A DNA stretch of 54,146 bases from Nitrospinae bacterium RIFCSPHIGHO2_02_FULL_39_82 (lineage in GTDB: Bacteria > Nitrospinota > Nitrospinia > UBA9942), in contig MHDI01000083.1 of assembly GCA_001804915.1 (NCBI GenBank), positions 1 to 54,146 of the forward strand, read 5' to 3'. The translations under genes and the position numbers were made by a program. The notes beneath the pieces are model-generated. The model did not search any database. It was not told where the DNA came from and was given only the letters and a program-made list of their open reading frames with translations. This document shows positions 27,567-36,367 of the stretch, one piece after another; the stretch's first letter is position 1, and every line of letters begins with the position of its first letter.

Positions 27567-30442
27567 AAAATTTAATCCTCTCCCCATCTCTTGACCTGAT
27601 TGAATTTACGGGTAATATTCTTCTTGAAGACAAAGAAAGTCTTTGTCAAAATCTGATTATTTTTCCCGGCAAAAGACCTGCCTCCTTTTTGAGAAAATAT
27701 CTATCTGAAAAGTTAAAATTACCCTTTGAATCACCCCGTATCTTCTCAATTGATGAATTTATTGATTTTGCCTACCAATCACTTACACTGCCTGATAGAA
27801 AGATAGATGATATTGATGGAATCTCTCTCCTTTTCAAACTGAACCAGCAGGAAATATTAATCGGAAAGGAGGGTTTAACCCTTGATGATTTTCTGCCATG
27901 GGGATTAAAGATATTTTCTGATTTTGAAGAGATGCATATAGAAAAGATAAAACCGGAACAAATAAAAGGGATAGAGATAGTTGCCGAGGATAAGATACCT
28001 GCAAATATTAAGGAAAAACTTGGTAAATTATCTGTCCTATATACCTCCTTTTATGATTATCTTTTCAGTCATAACCTTTCCACGAGGGCTATGAGATACA
28101 GAAAAGCGGCTGAAGATGTGAAAAAAATAGATATCACTCCCTTTAAAGGGGTACTGTTTATTGGTTTTTTTGCCTTAACCAAATCCGAAATAATACTTTT
28201 TAAGGAGTTAAAGAATTATGACAAGGTCAACTTTATTTTTCAGAAAGGGCATAACATCGAGAGAATCATTTCTGCATTAGAAATAGAAGTAGAGGAAAAG
28301 GAATCTCCTCCTCAGGGACCGACTATTCAATTCCATAAGGCTATGGATATTCACGGTGAGATATTTGCCCTCAACCAAGTATTAAGCCAGAAGAAGAATT
28401 TTGATAGTAAAGATTTAATTGTCCTGCCTCTATCGGATACTCTCTTTCCCCTTCTTCAGCAGACATTAGGGTTTGCCAAAGAATATAATATCTCCCTCGG
28501 TTACCCTCTCTTTAGAACACAGGTTTATGGGGTGGTGGAAAAATTGAGTCGTCTGCTTACAACAAAAGAAGGCGATAACTACTTTCTACCTGACTATTTA
28601 TCCTTTGTCCTGCATCCCTATGTGAAGAATATCCGCCTTGGTCCAGCCAGTTATCTGTCCAGAATCATTTTTCATACCATTGAGGAACAGGCAAAATCAC
28701 TAAAAAAAACCTTCATCCTGCTGGAAGAGATAGAGGAAAACAGTAATATTATTAATGACTGCCTTAGAAAAATAACTGGCTTAAATGACTACATTGCTGA
28801 ACCTGAAATTAAAGGGCATCTAAAAAATATTCATCAGGTAATGATTAGACCCTTTGAAAAGATAGAAGACATTGGAGATTTCTGCGATAAACTCCTTAAG
28901 TTTTTTTCCTTTATTTCCATGAACAGTTCGGCCAATTTGCACCCCTACACTGTGCCTTTTATTGAAATAATATTAAAGGTTCTGCATGAATTAAAGACCT
29001 CAGAACTTAAAAATGAAAGATTTAAAGAGGTAGACAGTTATTTCCATCTTCTGAGGAATTATATTCAGCAAATCAATTATCCCTTTACAGGCACACCGGT
29101 AAAAGGACTCCAGGTTCTTGGCTTTCTGGAAACAAGAAATCTTAAGTTTGATAGTGTCTATTTTCTCGATGTTAACGAAGGAATAATCCCGGCAATCAGA
29201 AAAGAAGATACGATTTTGCCGTATATAGTGAGAAAGACGCTCGGATTACCTACCCATGAGGAGAGAGAAAAGATTTCCTCCTACTATTTTGAGACACTGA
29301 TTGCCGGAGCAAAAGAAGTACATATTTTTTATGTTGAAAGTGCTGATAAAGAAAAAAGCAGGTTTGTCGAAAGATTAATCTGGAGATTACAAAAGGAGAA
29401 AAAGACACTGGACTTACCGAAGATTGATGAGACTTTTTTTGAAGTCAATTTTGCCCAAACCAATCCACAAGAAGTTAAGAAAAGTGATCATCTGATTAAA
29501 TATATTCAGGACAAACTTATCTTTTCTCCTACCGGGCTGGACACCTATCTTCACTGCCCTCTTGACTTTTATTATAAGGAAGTTTTGAAATTAGAGGAAA
29601 AAGAAGATATAAGTGATGATTTAGACCGGAGGGATATCGGAAAGATTGTTCATAAAGTTCTTCAGAAATTTTTTAACCAGAAAATAGGGGAAAAGCTAAT
29701 AATCAAAGAGAAAGATTATCAAAATATTGAGGGGATTGTTGAAGAGGAGGTTTATCCTCATTCAGATAGAGGACCGATTTATCTGATAAAGCTGCAGATT
29801 AAGAAAAGAATGAGAGATGTCCTGGAGTATCATGAGAAACATTGCAAAGAGACGATGATCCTCAAATGTGAAGATAAAGTTAAAGTCGAAGTTAATATAC
29901 CATGTGAAAAGAAAGTTAGATTAAAGGGAAAAATTGATCGTGTTGAGCGGCGGGGAGAAGAGACTTTTATTGTGGATTATAAAACCGGTAAACAAGCATA
30001 TATGCCTGATTATGAAAAGTTCATCAATTCTTCCCGTCAGGAGTGGCATAAAACTCTTAAATCTGTTCAACTCCCTTTTTATCTGCTTCTATATAGACAG
30101 AAAAACAAAGATATTCCGATAGAGAAAATAAATAGCTCCTTGCTCCTTTTAGGGGGGAAAAGTATAGAAGAAAAACAGTTACTTGATGAAACTTGTCCTC
30201 GAATCCCCGATAAAAATATTCGAGAACAAGTGTTTTCATCGGGGAAGGGAAAGAAAAAACAAAAGGAATTGCCCTCCAGAAAAGAGATTTTAGAAGGATA
30301 TCAGAAGGCAATCTTTACCCTGATTGATGAGATATTAAATCCTGTTGTTTCTTTTACTCCTGCCCCTGAACCGGAAAAAAAATGTCTTCTCTGTGCCTTC
30401 CGCGTTATCTGTGGACATCAATGGCTGGTCAAGGAATGGTAA
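27563..30442 (+). CDS. AddB-like nuclease subunit with Fe-S cluster nuclease domain
   Basis: Degenerate N-terminal P-loop (FPGKRPAS). C-terminal nuclease motif IDRVERRGEETFIVDYKTGK, plus Cys ligands (HCPLDFY ... CLLCAFRVIC, CxxCx5C) matching the AddB iron-staple arrangement. 4-bp overlap with the upstream gene. Confidence 0.72.
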   Translation: MKNLILSPSLDLIEFTGNILLEDKESLCQNLIIFPGKRPASFLRKYLSEKLKLPFESPRIFSIDEFIDFAYQSLTLPDRKIDDIDGISLLFKLNQQEILIGKEGLTLDDFLPWGLKIFSDFEEMHIEKIKPEQIKGIEIVAEDKIPANIKEKLGKLSVLYTSFYDYLFSHNLSTRAMRYRKAAEDVKKIDITPFKGVLFIGFFALTKSEIILFKELKNYDKVNFIFQKGHNIERIISALEIEVEEKESPPQGPTIQFHKAMDIHGEIFALNQVLSQKKNFDSKDLIVLPLSDTLFPLLQQTLGFAKEYNISLGYPLFRTQVYGVVEKLSRLLTTKEGDNYFLPDYLSFVLHPYVKNIRLGPASYLSRIIFHTIEEQAKSLKKTFILLEEIEENSNIINDCLRKITGLNDYIAEPEIKGHLKNIHQVMIRPFEKIEDIGDFCDKLLKFFSFISMNSSANLHPYTVPFIEIILKVLHELKTSELKNERFKEVDSYFHLLRNYIQQINYPFTGTPVKGLQVLGFLETRNLKFDSVYFLDVNEGIIPAIRKEDTILPYIVRKTLGLPTHEEREKISSYYFETLIAGAKEVHIFYVESADKEKSRFVERLIWRLQKEKKTLDLPKIDETFFEVNFAQTNPQEVKKSDHLIKYIQDKLIFSPTGLDTYLHCPLDFYYKEVLKLEEKEDISDDLDRRDIGKIVHKVLQKFFNQKIGEKLIIKEKDYQNIEGIVEEEVYPHSDRGPIYLIKLQIKKRMRDVLEYHEKHCKETMILKCEDKVKVEVNIPCEKKVRLKGKIDRVERRGEETFIVDYKTGKQAYMPDYEKFINSSRQEWHKTLKSVQLPFYLLLYRQKNKDIPIEKINSSLLLLGGKSIEEKQLLDETCPRIPDKNIREQVFSSGKGKKKQKELPSRKEILEGYQKAIFTLIDEILNPVVSFTPAPEPEKKCLLCAFRVICGHQWLVKEW

Positions 30443-30595
30443 AGAAAATGAATTACCCCGCCATGAACAGGCTGTCTGATAATTCGTTTTTGCCTTTTAA
30501 AATATTTGTAGAATCTCACCAGGAATACTGCTAAACTTATTTATCAGAGCATCTTTTCAGGTATTTTTATCTCCTTCTTAAAACTATTTTACCTT

Positions 30596-32236
30596 TTGAG
30601 GGTTATTTCTGAAAACTTATTCTGGATAAATGTGATGAGTATATATTTTAAAACAATAATTATAATCGGTGTGGGGCTTATCGGCGGCTCTTTTGCAAGG
30701 GTATGCAAGAAAAAAGGGCTTACTGACAGGATTATTGGCTTTGGCAGAGGTGAAGAGAATTTAAAGAGGGCAGTAGAGCTTAATGTTATAGACTCATACG
30801 CTTTAAATATTGGTGATGCTGTCAGAGATTCGGATTTCATATTACTTGCAGCACCTGTATCAGCCATTATAGAGATTGCAAGGGATATGATACCCTATCT
30901 TAAAAAGGGGGCTATTGTTACTGATGCCGGGAGTGTTAAGGGTGAGATTGTCCGCAAAATAGATAAGATATTGCCTGAAGGAATATTTTTTGTTGGTGCC
31001 CATCCGATTGCAGGGACAGAAAAGTCAGGAGTTGAAGCCTCATTTGCAGAGCTATTTGAAGGCTCAAGATGTGTAATAACCCCCACTTCAAAGACAGACC
31101 CTGCTGCCCTTGAAAAGGTAAAGGAGATATGGAAGGAGACAGGCTCAGAGGTGATATTGATGGATGCCGATAAGCATGATAGATACCTTGCTGCTGTCAG
31201 TCATCTGCCTCATGCTGTTGCCTATGCACTTGTAAATGCAGTTGGCAATCTTGAGGAGAGGGAGAAGGGGATTCTGTCCCTCTCTGCCGGAGGGTTCAGA
31301 GATTTTACGAGGATTGCGGCAAGCCATCCTGCCATGTGGAGAGATATATTTTTGATGAATAAAAGGGAAATAGTAGAAATGATAAATATTTTTAAGTCAA
31401 CATTGGAGAATATTAAAGAGGCAATTGTTAATGGCGATGGTGGAAAACTGAAAAGAGAGTTTGAAAAGGCAAGGGAGATAAAATTTAAAATTCAAAATTC
31501 AAAATTTCAAATTCCGAATCTTCAATCTTCAATCTTCAATCTTCAATCTATAATCGTTGCCATTGATGGTCCTGCAGGATCGGGTAAAAGTACAATAGCA
31601 AAGATGATGGCAGAGAAACTTAAATTCAGATATATAGATACGGGGGCGATGTACAGGACAGTGGCACTAAAGGCGATTAAAAACAATATACCTCTGACTG
31701 ATGAGAAAAGAGTATCTGATATAGCAAAGACTATTGAAATAGAGTTTCAGGTAAACAACAATAATCAGAGTATATATATGGATGGGGAGAATGTCACCTT
31801 AAAAATACGGGATGAAAACATTGGAAAAGGGGCATCAATTGTATCTGCCTATTCAGACGTGAGAAATGCAATGTTGCTAAAACAGAGAGAGATGGGCAAG
31901 TCAGGTGGGATAGTAATGGAAGGTAGAGATATAGGAACTGTAGTATTCCCGGATGCCCACATAAAATTCTTTCTTGATGCCTCTGTTGAGGAGAGGGGGA
32001 GGAGAAGATTTATAGAATTGAAAGAAAAGGGAGAAAAAGTAACACTTGATAAAATAATTACTGATATAAAGAAGAGGGATAAAAATGATACATCCCGCAA
32101 CCTTGCACCACTAAAAAGGTCTGATGATTCTATAGTTATTGATACAACAGGAATTTCTATTGACGGGGTTGTAAAAAATATGTTACAAATAATAGATAAG
32201 GGCTTCAGAGTTAGGAGTCAGGGGGTTAACTTCTAA
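30596..32236 (+). CDS. prephenate dehydrogenase (TyrA) fused in-frame to cytidylate kinase (Cmk); possibly two genes
   Basis: N-terminal half is a NAD-binding prephenate/arogenate dehydrogenase (IIIIGVGLIGGSFA ... HPIAGTE). C-terminal half is Cmk (IVAIDGPAGSGKSTIAKMMAEKLKFRYIDTGAMYR). The junction at about 31484-31550 is a heptamer tandem repeat with no stop codon. The tyrA start is more likely at MSIYFK, about 30635. Confidence 0.75.
   Translation: MRVISENLFWINVMSIYFKTIIIIGVGLIGGSFARVCKKKGLTDRIIGFGRGEENLKRAVELNVIDSYALNIGDAVRDSDFILLAAPVSAIIEIARDMIPYLKKGAIVTDAGSVKGEIVRKIDKILPEGIFFVGAHPIAGTEKSGVEASFAELFEGSRCVITPTSKTDPAALEKVKEIWKETGSEVILMDADKHDRYLAAVSHLPHAVAYALVNAVGNLEEREKGILSLSAGGFRDFTRIAASHPAMWRDIFLMNKREIVEMINIFKSTLENIKEAIVNGDGGKLKREFEKAREIKFKIQNSKFQIPNLQSSIFNLQSIIVAIDGPAGSGKSTIAKMMAEKLKFRYIDTGAMYRTVALKAIKNNIPLTDEKRVSDIAKTIEIEFQVNNNNQSIYMDGENVTLKIRDENIGKGASIVSAYSDVRNAMLLKQREMGKSGGIVMEGRDIGTVVFPDAHIKFFLDASVEERGRRRFIELKEKGEKVTLDKIITDIKKRDKNDTSRNLAPLKRSDDSIVIDTTGISIDGVVKNMLQIIDKGFRVRSQGVNF
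31484..31550 (+). repeat. heptamer tandem repeat (aaaattc x about 4, aatcttc x about 4) inside the tyrA~cmk ORF
   Basis: Direct 7-nt periodicity. The reverse complement gattgaagattga recurs intergenically at about 34870-34900. Confidence 0.6.
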
Positions 32237-32289
32237 ACTCTTAAACTCATGAACTCTTAAACTTAATTAGGGGAGGTTTTTACACAAAA

Positions 32290-33966
32290 ATGGAAAAAGA
32301 GATGCCTGTAGATTTAAGTGATGATAATGACATAGATGTTGAAAATGCACCAACTGTGGATGAGGAGATAGAGAGGTTATATGCAGATACCCTGAAAGGT
32401 TTTAAAGAGGGTGAAATTGTAAAAGGGCATATTGTGAAAATTGACCAGGATTCAGTTGTGGTAGATATAGGATTTAAGTCGGAAGGCAGAATATTAAAAA
32501 GCGAATTCCCGAATCATGGCAGGAATTTAAAGATTGGAGATGAAATAACTGTATCCCTCGAAAGGGTAGAGAATAAAGATGGGCAGGTTGTCCTTTCTAA
32601 AGAGAAGGCAGATAAGGTAAGGGTATGGGATGATATAATAAAAGCCTATCGCAATAACGAGCCTATGGAGGGAACTGTTGTAGCCAGAATAAAAGGGGGG
32701 CTGACAATTGATATTGGTTTAAAGGCATTTCTTCCAGGGTCGCAGATTGACCTGAAGCCCATTAGAAATCTGGATAGTCTTATAGGGCAGAAATTCAGAA
32801 TGAGAATTATAAAGTTGGATAAAAAAAAGGGGAATATTGTTCTATCACGCCGCATCTTATTAGATGAGGAAAGAAAGGTATCAAGAGATAATATTCTTTC
32901 TACTCTTGAAGAGGGTAAAATTATTGAAGGAACTGTAAAGAATATAACTGAATATGGCGCCTTTATTGACCTTGGGGGTATAGATGGGTTGCTTCATATA
33001 ACTGATATGTCCTGGGGGAGAGTAAGTCATCCATCAGAAATCTTTGCAGTGGGTGATAAAGCCAAGGTAATGATACTAAAGTTTGACAGAAATAATCAAA
33101 AGGTGTCTCTGGGATATAAACAGATTACTCCAGACCCCTGGGCAAAGATAGAAGAAAAATATGCTGTCGGGGTAAAGGTGAGGGGTAAGGTGGTCAGCAT
33201 CACCGACTATGGTGCATTTATTGAATTAGAAAATGGAATAGAAGGACTTATTCATGTGTCTGAACTGTCATGGAATAAATATTTAAAACATCCATCAAAA
33301 ATTGTTGCTATAGGCGATACAGCAGAAGCAGTGGTTTTAAATATTGACAAGGAAAAAAAGAAAATCTCATTAAGTATGAAACAGGTTGAATCCAACCCAT
33401 GGATAACTGTAGAAGAAAAATATGCTGTGGGAGCCATTGTTGAGGGTAAGATTAGAAATCTCACAGATTTTGGTGCCTTTGTTGAACTTGAGGAAGGGAT
33501 TGATGGTCTAATCCACATATCTGATTTTTCCTGGACCCAAAAGATTAAACACCCCTCCGAGATACTAAAAAAGAGAGATAAGATTAAAGCGGTTGTATTA
33601 AGTGTGGATAAAGAAAATGAGAGACTTGCACTGGGTATCAAGCAGCTTACCCCTGACCCATGGGAAGTGGTATCTGAAAAATACAGGATTGGAATGGATG
33701 TAAAAGGAAGGATAGTTAAAGTTACAAATTTTGGTGCTTTTGCAGAACTTGAAAACGGTATAGAAGGGCTCATTCATATATCTCAGTTAAATTCAAAAAA
33801 GATAAAAGACCCGACAGAGGCGGTTTCAGTAGGAGATGAGATAAATGCAAAAGTGATAAAGGTGGATATCCCAAATAAAAGAATAGCTCTCAGTATCAAA
33901 GCTTACAACGAAGGACTGGATAACTTTGAAGGGATAGATATACCTGAAATTGAAGGGATTGAATAG
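32290..33966 (+). CDS. rpsA: 30S ribosomal protein S1
   Basis: Six S1 domains with the recurrent pattern G.V..I...GAF(I/V)(D/E)L..G..GL.H.S(E/D). 558 aa. Confidence 0.95.
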   Translation: MEKEMPVDLSDDNDIDVENAPTVDEEIERLYADTLKGFKEGEIVKGHIVKIDQDSVVVDIGFKSEGRILKSEFPNHGRNLKIGDEITVSLERVENKDGQVVLSKEKADKVRVWDDIIKAYRNNEPMEGTVVARIKGGLTIDIGLKAFLPGSQIDLKPIRNLDSLIGQKFRMRIIKLDKKKGNIVLSRRILLDEERKVSRDNILSTLEEGKIIEGTVKNITEYGAFIDLGGIDGLLHITDMSWGRVSHPSEIFAVGDKAKVMILKFDRNNQKVSLGYKQITPDPWAKIEEKYAVGVKVRGKVVSITDYGAFIELENGIEGLIHVSELSWNKYLKHPSKIVAIGDTAEAVVLNIDKEKKKISLSMKQVESNPWITVEEKYAVGAIVEGKIRNLTDFGAFVELEEGIDGLIHISDFSWTQKIKHPSEILKKRDKIKAVVLSVDKENERLALGIKQLTPDPWEVVSEKYRIGMDVKGRIVKVTNFGAFAELENGIEGLIHISQLNSKKIKDPTEAVSVGDEINAKVIKVDIPNKRIALSIKAYNEGLDNFEGIDIPEIEGIE

Positions 33967-34870
33967 TCAATTTAAAATGGATATCTGGAGGAAAAAACCT
34001 TTTTTGAAAAGCCTCATTACCCTCGGCATTGTAACTTTTCTGTTATTTTCTGCAGTATGGTGGATAAGTTCCTTTATCATAAAGGAGGATGGGGACTTTG
34101 CTCATAGAGGTAAATTAGCCCTCGTAAGAATTGAAGGGGTAATTACTGAATCTGATGATATCACCAAGCAGATAAAAAAATATCGTGAAGACCCTGCCGT
34201 TAAAGGTATTATCCTTCGCATTGACAGTCCGGGCGGGGCTGTTGGTCCATCACAAGAGATATATAAGGAAGTTTTAAAAACAACAGGAGAAAAAAAAGTG
34301 ATAGCCTCAATGGGTGGCTTGGCAGCTTCAGGCGGATACTACATAGCATGTGCCACAAATAGAATATTTGCCAATCCCGGTACAATAACAGGGAGCATAG
34401 GCGTAATAATGGCATTTTCCAATATTGAAGATCTAATGAAAAAGATAGGGTTAAAAACTGTCATAATCAAAAGCGGCAAACATAAAGATATAGGCTCACC
34501 GGTAAAGGAATTGACAGATGAGGAAAGAAAGATACTTCAGGATGTATCAGATGATATACACGGACAATTTATTGAGGCAGTTGCAAAAGGCAGAAGTCTT
34601 AATATAGAATCTGTAAAAGAACTGGCAGATGGAAGAATCTTTTCCGGAAAACAGGCAAAAGAGGCAAAACTTGTTGATGAACTGGGGACACTGGAAGATG
34701 CTATTTCTTATGCAGCAAAATTGACAGATATTAAAGGAAAGCCCAAAATTCTTCAGGAGAGAAAGGAAAAAAGCTTTTTACTGAGGCTTCTAAAGGGGGA
34801 TTTTTCATCTTTAATCCCTTCTCCTTTAGATACTAAATTTTTGGGTGCCCAATATATATGGCAGTATTAG
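33950..34870 (+). CDS. sppA: signal peptide peptidase SppA (36K type)
   Basis: N-terminal TM, ClpP/crotonase-like S49 domain with catalytic Ser context GGLAASGGYYIA and Lys in IKSGKHKD. Confidence 0.85.
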   Translation: MKGLNSQFKMDIWRKKPFLKSLITLGIVTFLLFSAVWWISSFIIKEDGDFAHRGKLALVRIEGVITESDDITKQIKKYREDPAVKGIILRIDSPGGAVGPSQEIYKEVLKTTGEKKVIASMGGLAASGGYYIACATNRIFANPGTITGSIGVIMAFSNIEDLMKKIGLKTVIIKSGKHKDIGSPVKELTDEERKILQDVSDDIHGQFIEAVAKGRSLNIESVKELADGRIFSGKQAKEAKLVDELGTLEDAISYAAKLTDIKGKPKILQERKEKSFLLRLLKGDFSSLIPSPLDTKFLGAQYIWQY

Positions 34871-34963
34871 GGATTGAAGATTGACTATTTAAGATTGAAG
34901 ATTTATATTTGATTAAATTCAATAGGCAATCGTCAATCGTAAATTGAGAGAGGGGGGTTTGTT

Positions 34964-35263
34964 ATGACAAAAGCTGAATTAGCAGAAGAGATATCAGTAA
35001 AGATAAATCTTTCAAAAAAGGATACCGAGCAGATAATAAGTATAATATTTGAAAGCATAATAAATGCCCTCAGTAAAGGAGATAAAGTAGAATTGAGGGG
35101 CTTTGGCAGTTTCAGAATAAGACATAGAAGTTCAAGAGATGGGAGAAATCCAAAAACCGGTTTAAAGGTTAAAGTTCCTTCTAAAAAGGTGCCTTTTTTT
35201 AGGGCAGGAAAAGAATTGAAGGAAAATGTAAACAATATATCAGGTAACCAACTGATTAAATAG
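34964..35263 (+). CDS. HU/IHF-family DNA-binding protein (likely IHF beta given cmk-rpsA-ihfB synteny)
   Basis: 99 aa with GFGSF ... R ... R.GRNP.TG signature of bacterial histone-like proteins. Confidence 0.85.
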   Translation: MTKAELAEEISVKINLSKKDTEQIISIIFESIINALSKGDKVELRGFGSFRIRHRSSRDGRNPKTGLKVKVPSKKVPFFRAGKELKENVNNISGNQLIK

Positions 35264-35316
35264 CATAAAATCATAATACTATAAAAACAAATGTGATATT
35301 GGAAACAGTGGATGTT

Positions 35317-36273
35317 TTACTCGCTAAACACACCCATTCTTCTGAATTTTCTCTTCCTCTGAAAAACCAAACTTTTTGAGGAAATTGATAAAAGCTCTTT
35401 CAAGTGTCTTCTCAAAACCCTCCTTAATATTGAAGCAGTGGCTTCAATGTTTTTGTGGGCACCTCCGAGTGGTTCCTTTACTATCTCATCTATCACACTC
35501 AATTTAAAAAGGTCATCAGCAGTAAGACACAGTGATTCTGCCGCCTCTTCAACTTTTTTACAATCCTCCCATAATATTGCAGCACATCCTTCAGGAGAGA
35601 TTACAGAATATACAGAGTTCTCAAGCATCAGGACTCTATCCCCTACCCCCAATGCCAACGCACCGCCGCTACCACCCTCACCTATAATCACGGCTATTAT
35701 GGGTACAGACAGATTAGACATCTCAAGGAGATTTCTTGCTATAGCCTCAGCCTGTCCTCTCTCCTCTGCACCAATACCCGGGTAGGCACCAGGTGTATCC
35801 AGTAATGTTATAATAGGTTTTCCAAATTTCTCTGCAAGTTGCATAAGACGAAGAGCCTTTCTATACCCTTCGGGTTGAGGCATGCCAAAGTTTCTGTACA
35901 TCTTTTCTTTAAGTTCTCTCCCCTTCTGATGACCTATAATAAATACACTCCATTCTTCCAATCTGGCTATGCCACCAATAATAGAATGACAATCTCCAAA
36001 ATGTCTGTCACCATGTAATTCTACAAAATCCTTACACATAAGATTTATATAATCCATAGCATAAGGACGGGCCGGGTGTCTTGCCAGTTGTGTCCTCTGC
36101 CATCGGGTAAGTTTTGAAAGCAGGTGTTTCTTAAGACGATTTGCCTTTTTGTGTAAACGCCTTATCTCTCTTGAGAAATCTATGCCATTATTCTTTGAGA
36201 TATCCTTAAGTTCGGCTATCTTTTTCTCAAGCTCAATTATCGGTTCTTCAAAATCTAAATATTGTCCGGCCAT
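35317..36273 (-). CDS. accA: acetyl-CoA carboxylase carboxyltransferase alpha subunit
   Basis: LDFEEPI ... ARHPARPY ... GHQKGR ... conserved AccA blocks. 318 aa. Confidence 0.9.
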   Translation of the reverse strand: MAGQYLDFEEPIIELEKKIAELKDISKNNGIDFSREIRRLHKKANRLKKHLLSKLTRWQRTQLARHPARPYAMDYINLMCKDFVELHGDRHFGDCHSIIGGIARLEEWSVFIIGHQKGRELKEKMYRNFGMPQPEGYRKALRLMQLAEKFGKPIITLLDTPGAYPGIGAEERGQAEAIARNLLEMSNLSVPIIAVIIGEGGSGGALALGVGDRVLMLENSVYSVISPEGCAAILWEDCKKVEEAAESLCLTADDLFKLSVIDEIVKEPLGGAHKNIEATASILRRVLRRHLKELLSISSKSLVFQRKRKFRRMGVFSE

Positions 36274-36367
36274 AAAATAATAAATAATGAATTATGAATT
36301 AAGAATGAAGAATTATGTTAGAGGTTTTTGTTTATAACTCATAATTTGTAATTTCTGATTCTTTCTC

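Noticed and set aside
24408-30442. UvrD-helicase + PD-(D/E)xK nuclease pair as a Gabija/Hachiman-type defence system
   Set aside because: Helicase motifs III/IV (DEFQDT, GDxKQxIYxFRxA), dual C-terminal RecB-type nuclease domains and the AddB-type CxxCx5C iron-staple cysteines fit canonical AddAB. There is no OLD/TOPRIM or DUF1837 partner. It is kept only as a low-priority question because of its compact size and insertion context.
31484-31550. CRISPR array (short repeats) here and at other heptamer-repeat loci
   Set aside because: The repeat units are 7 nt with no unique spacers of 25-40 nt, and no cas genes are present in the window. These are simple tandem repeats, not CRISPR.
33252-33773. 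173-aa minus-strand ORF inside rpsA
   Set aside because: It is antisense to the highly conserved S1 gene, and its Ser/Phe-rich low-complexity translation is typical of antisense frames.
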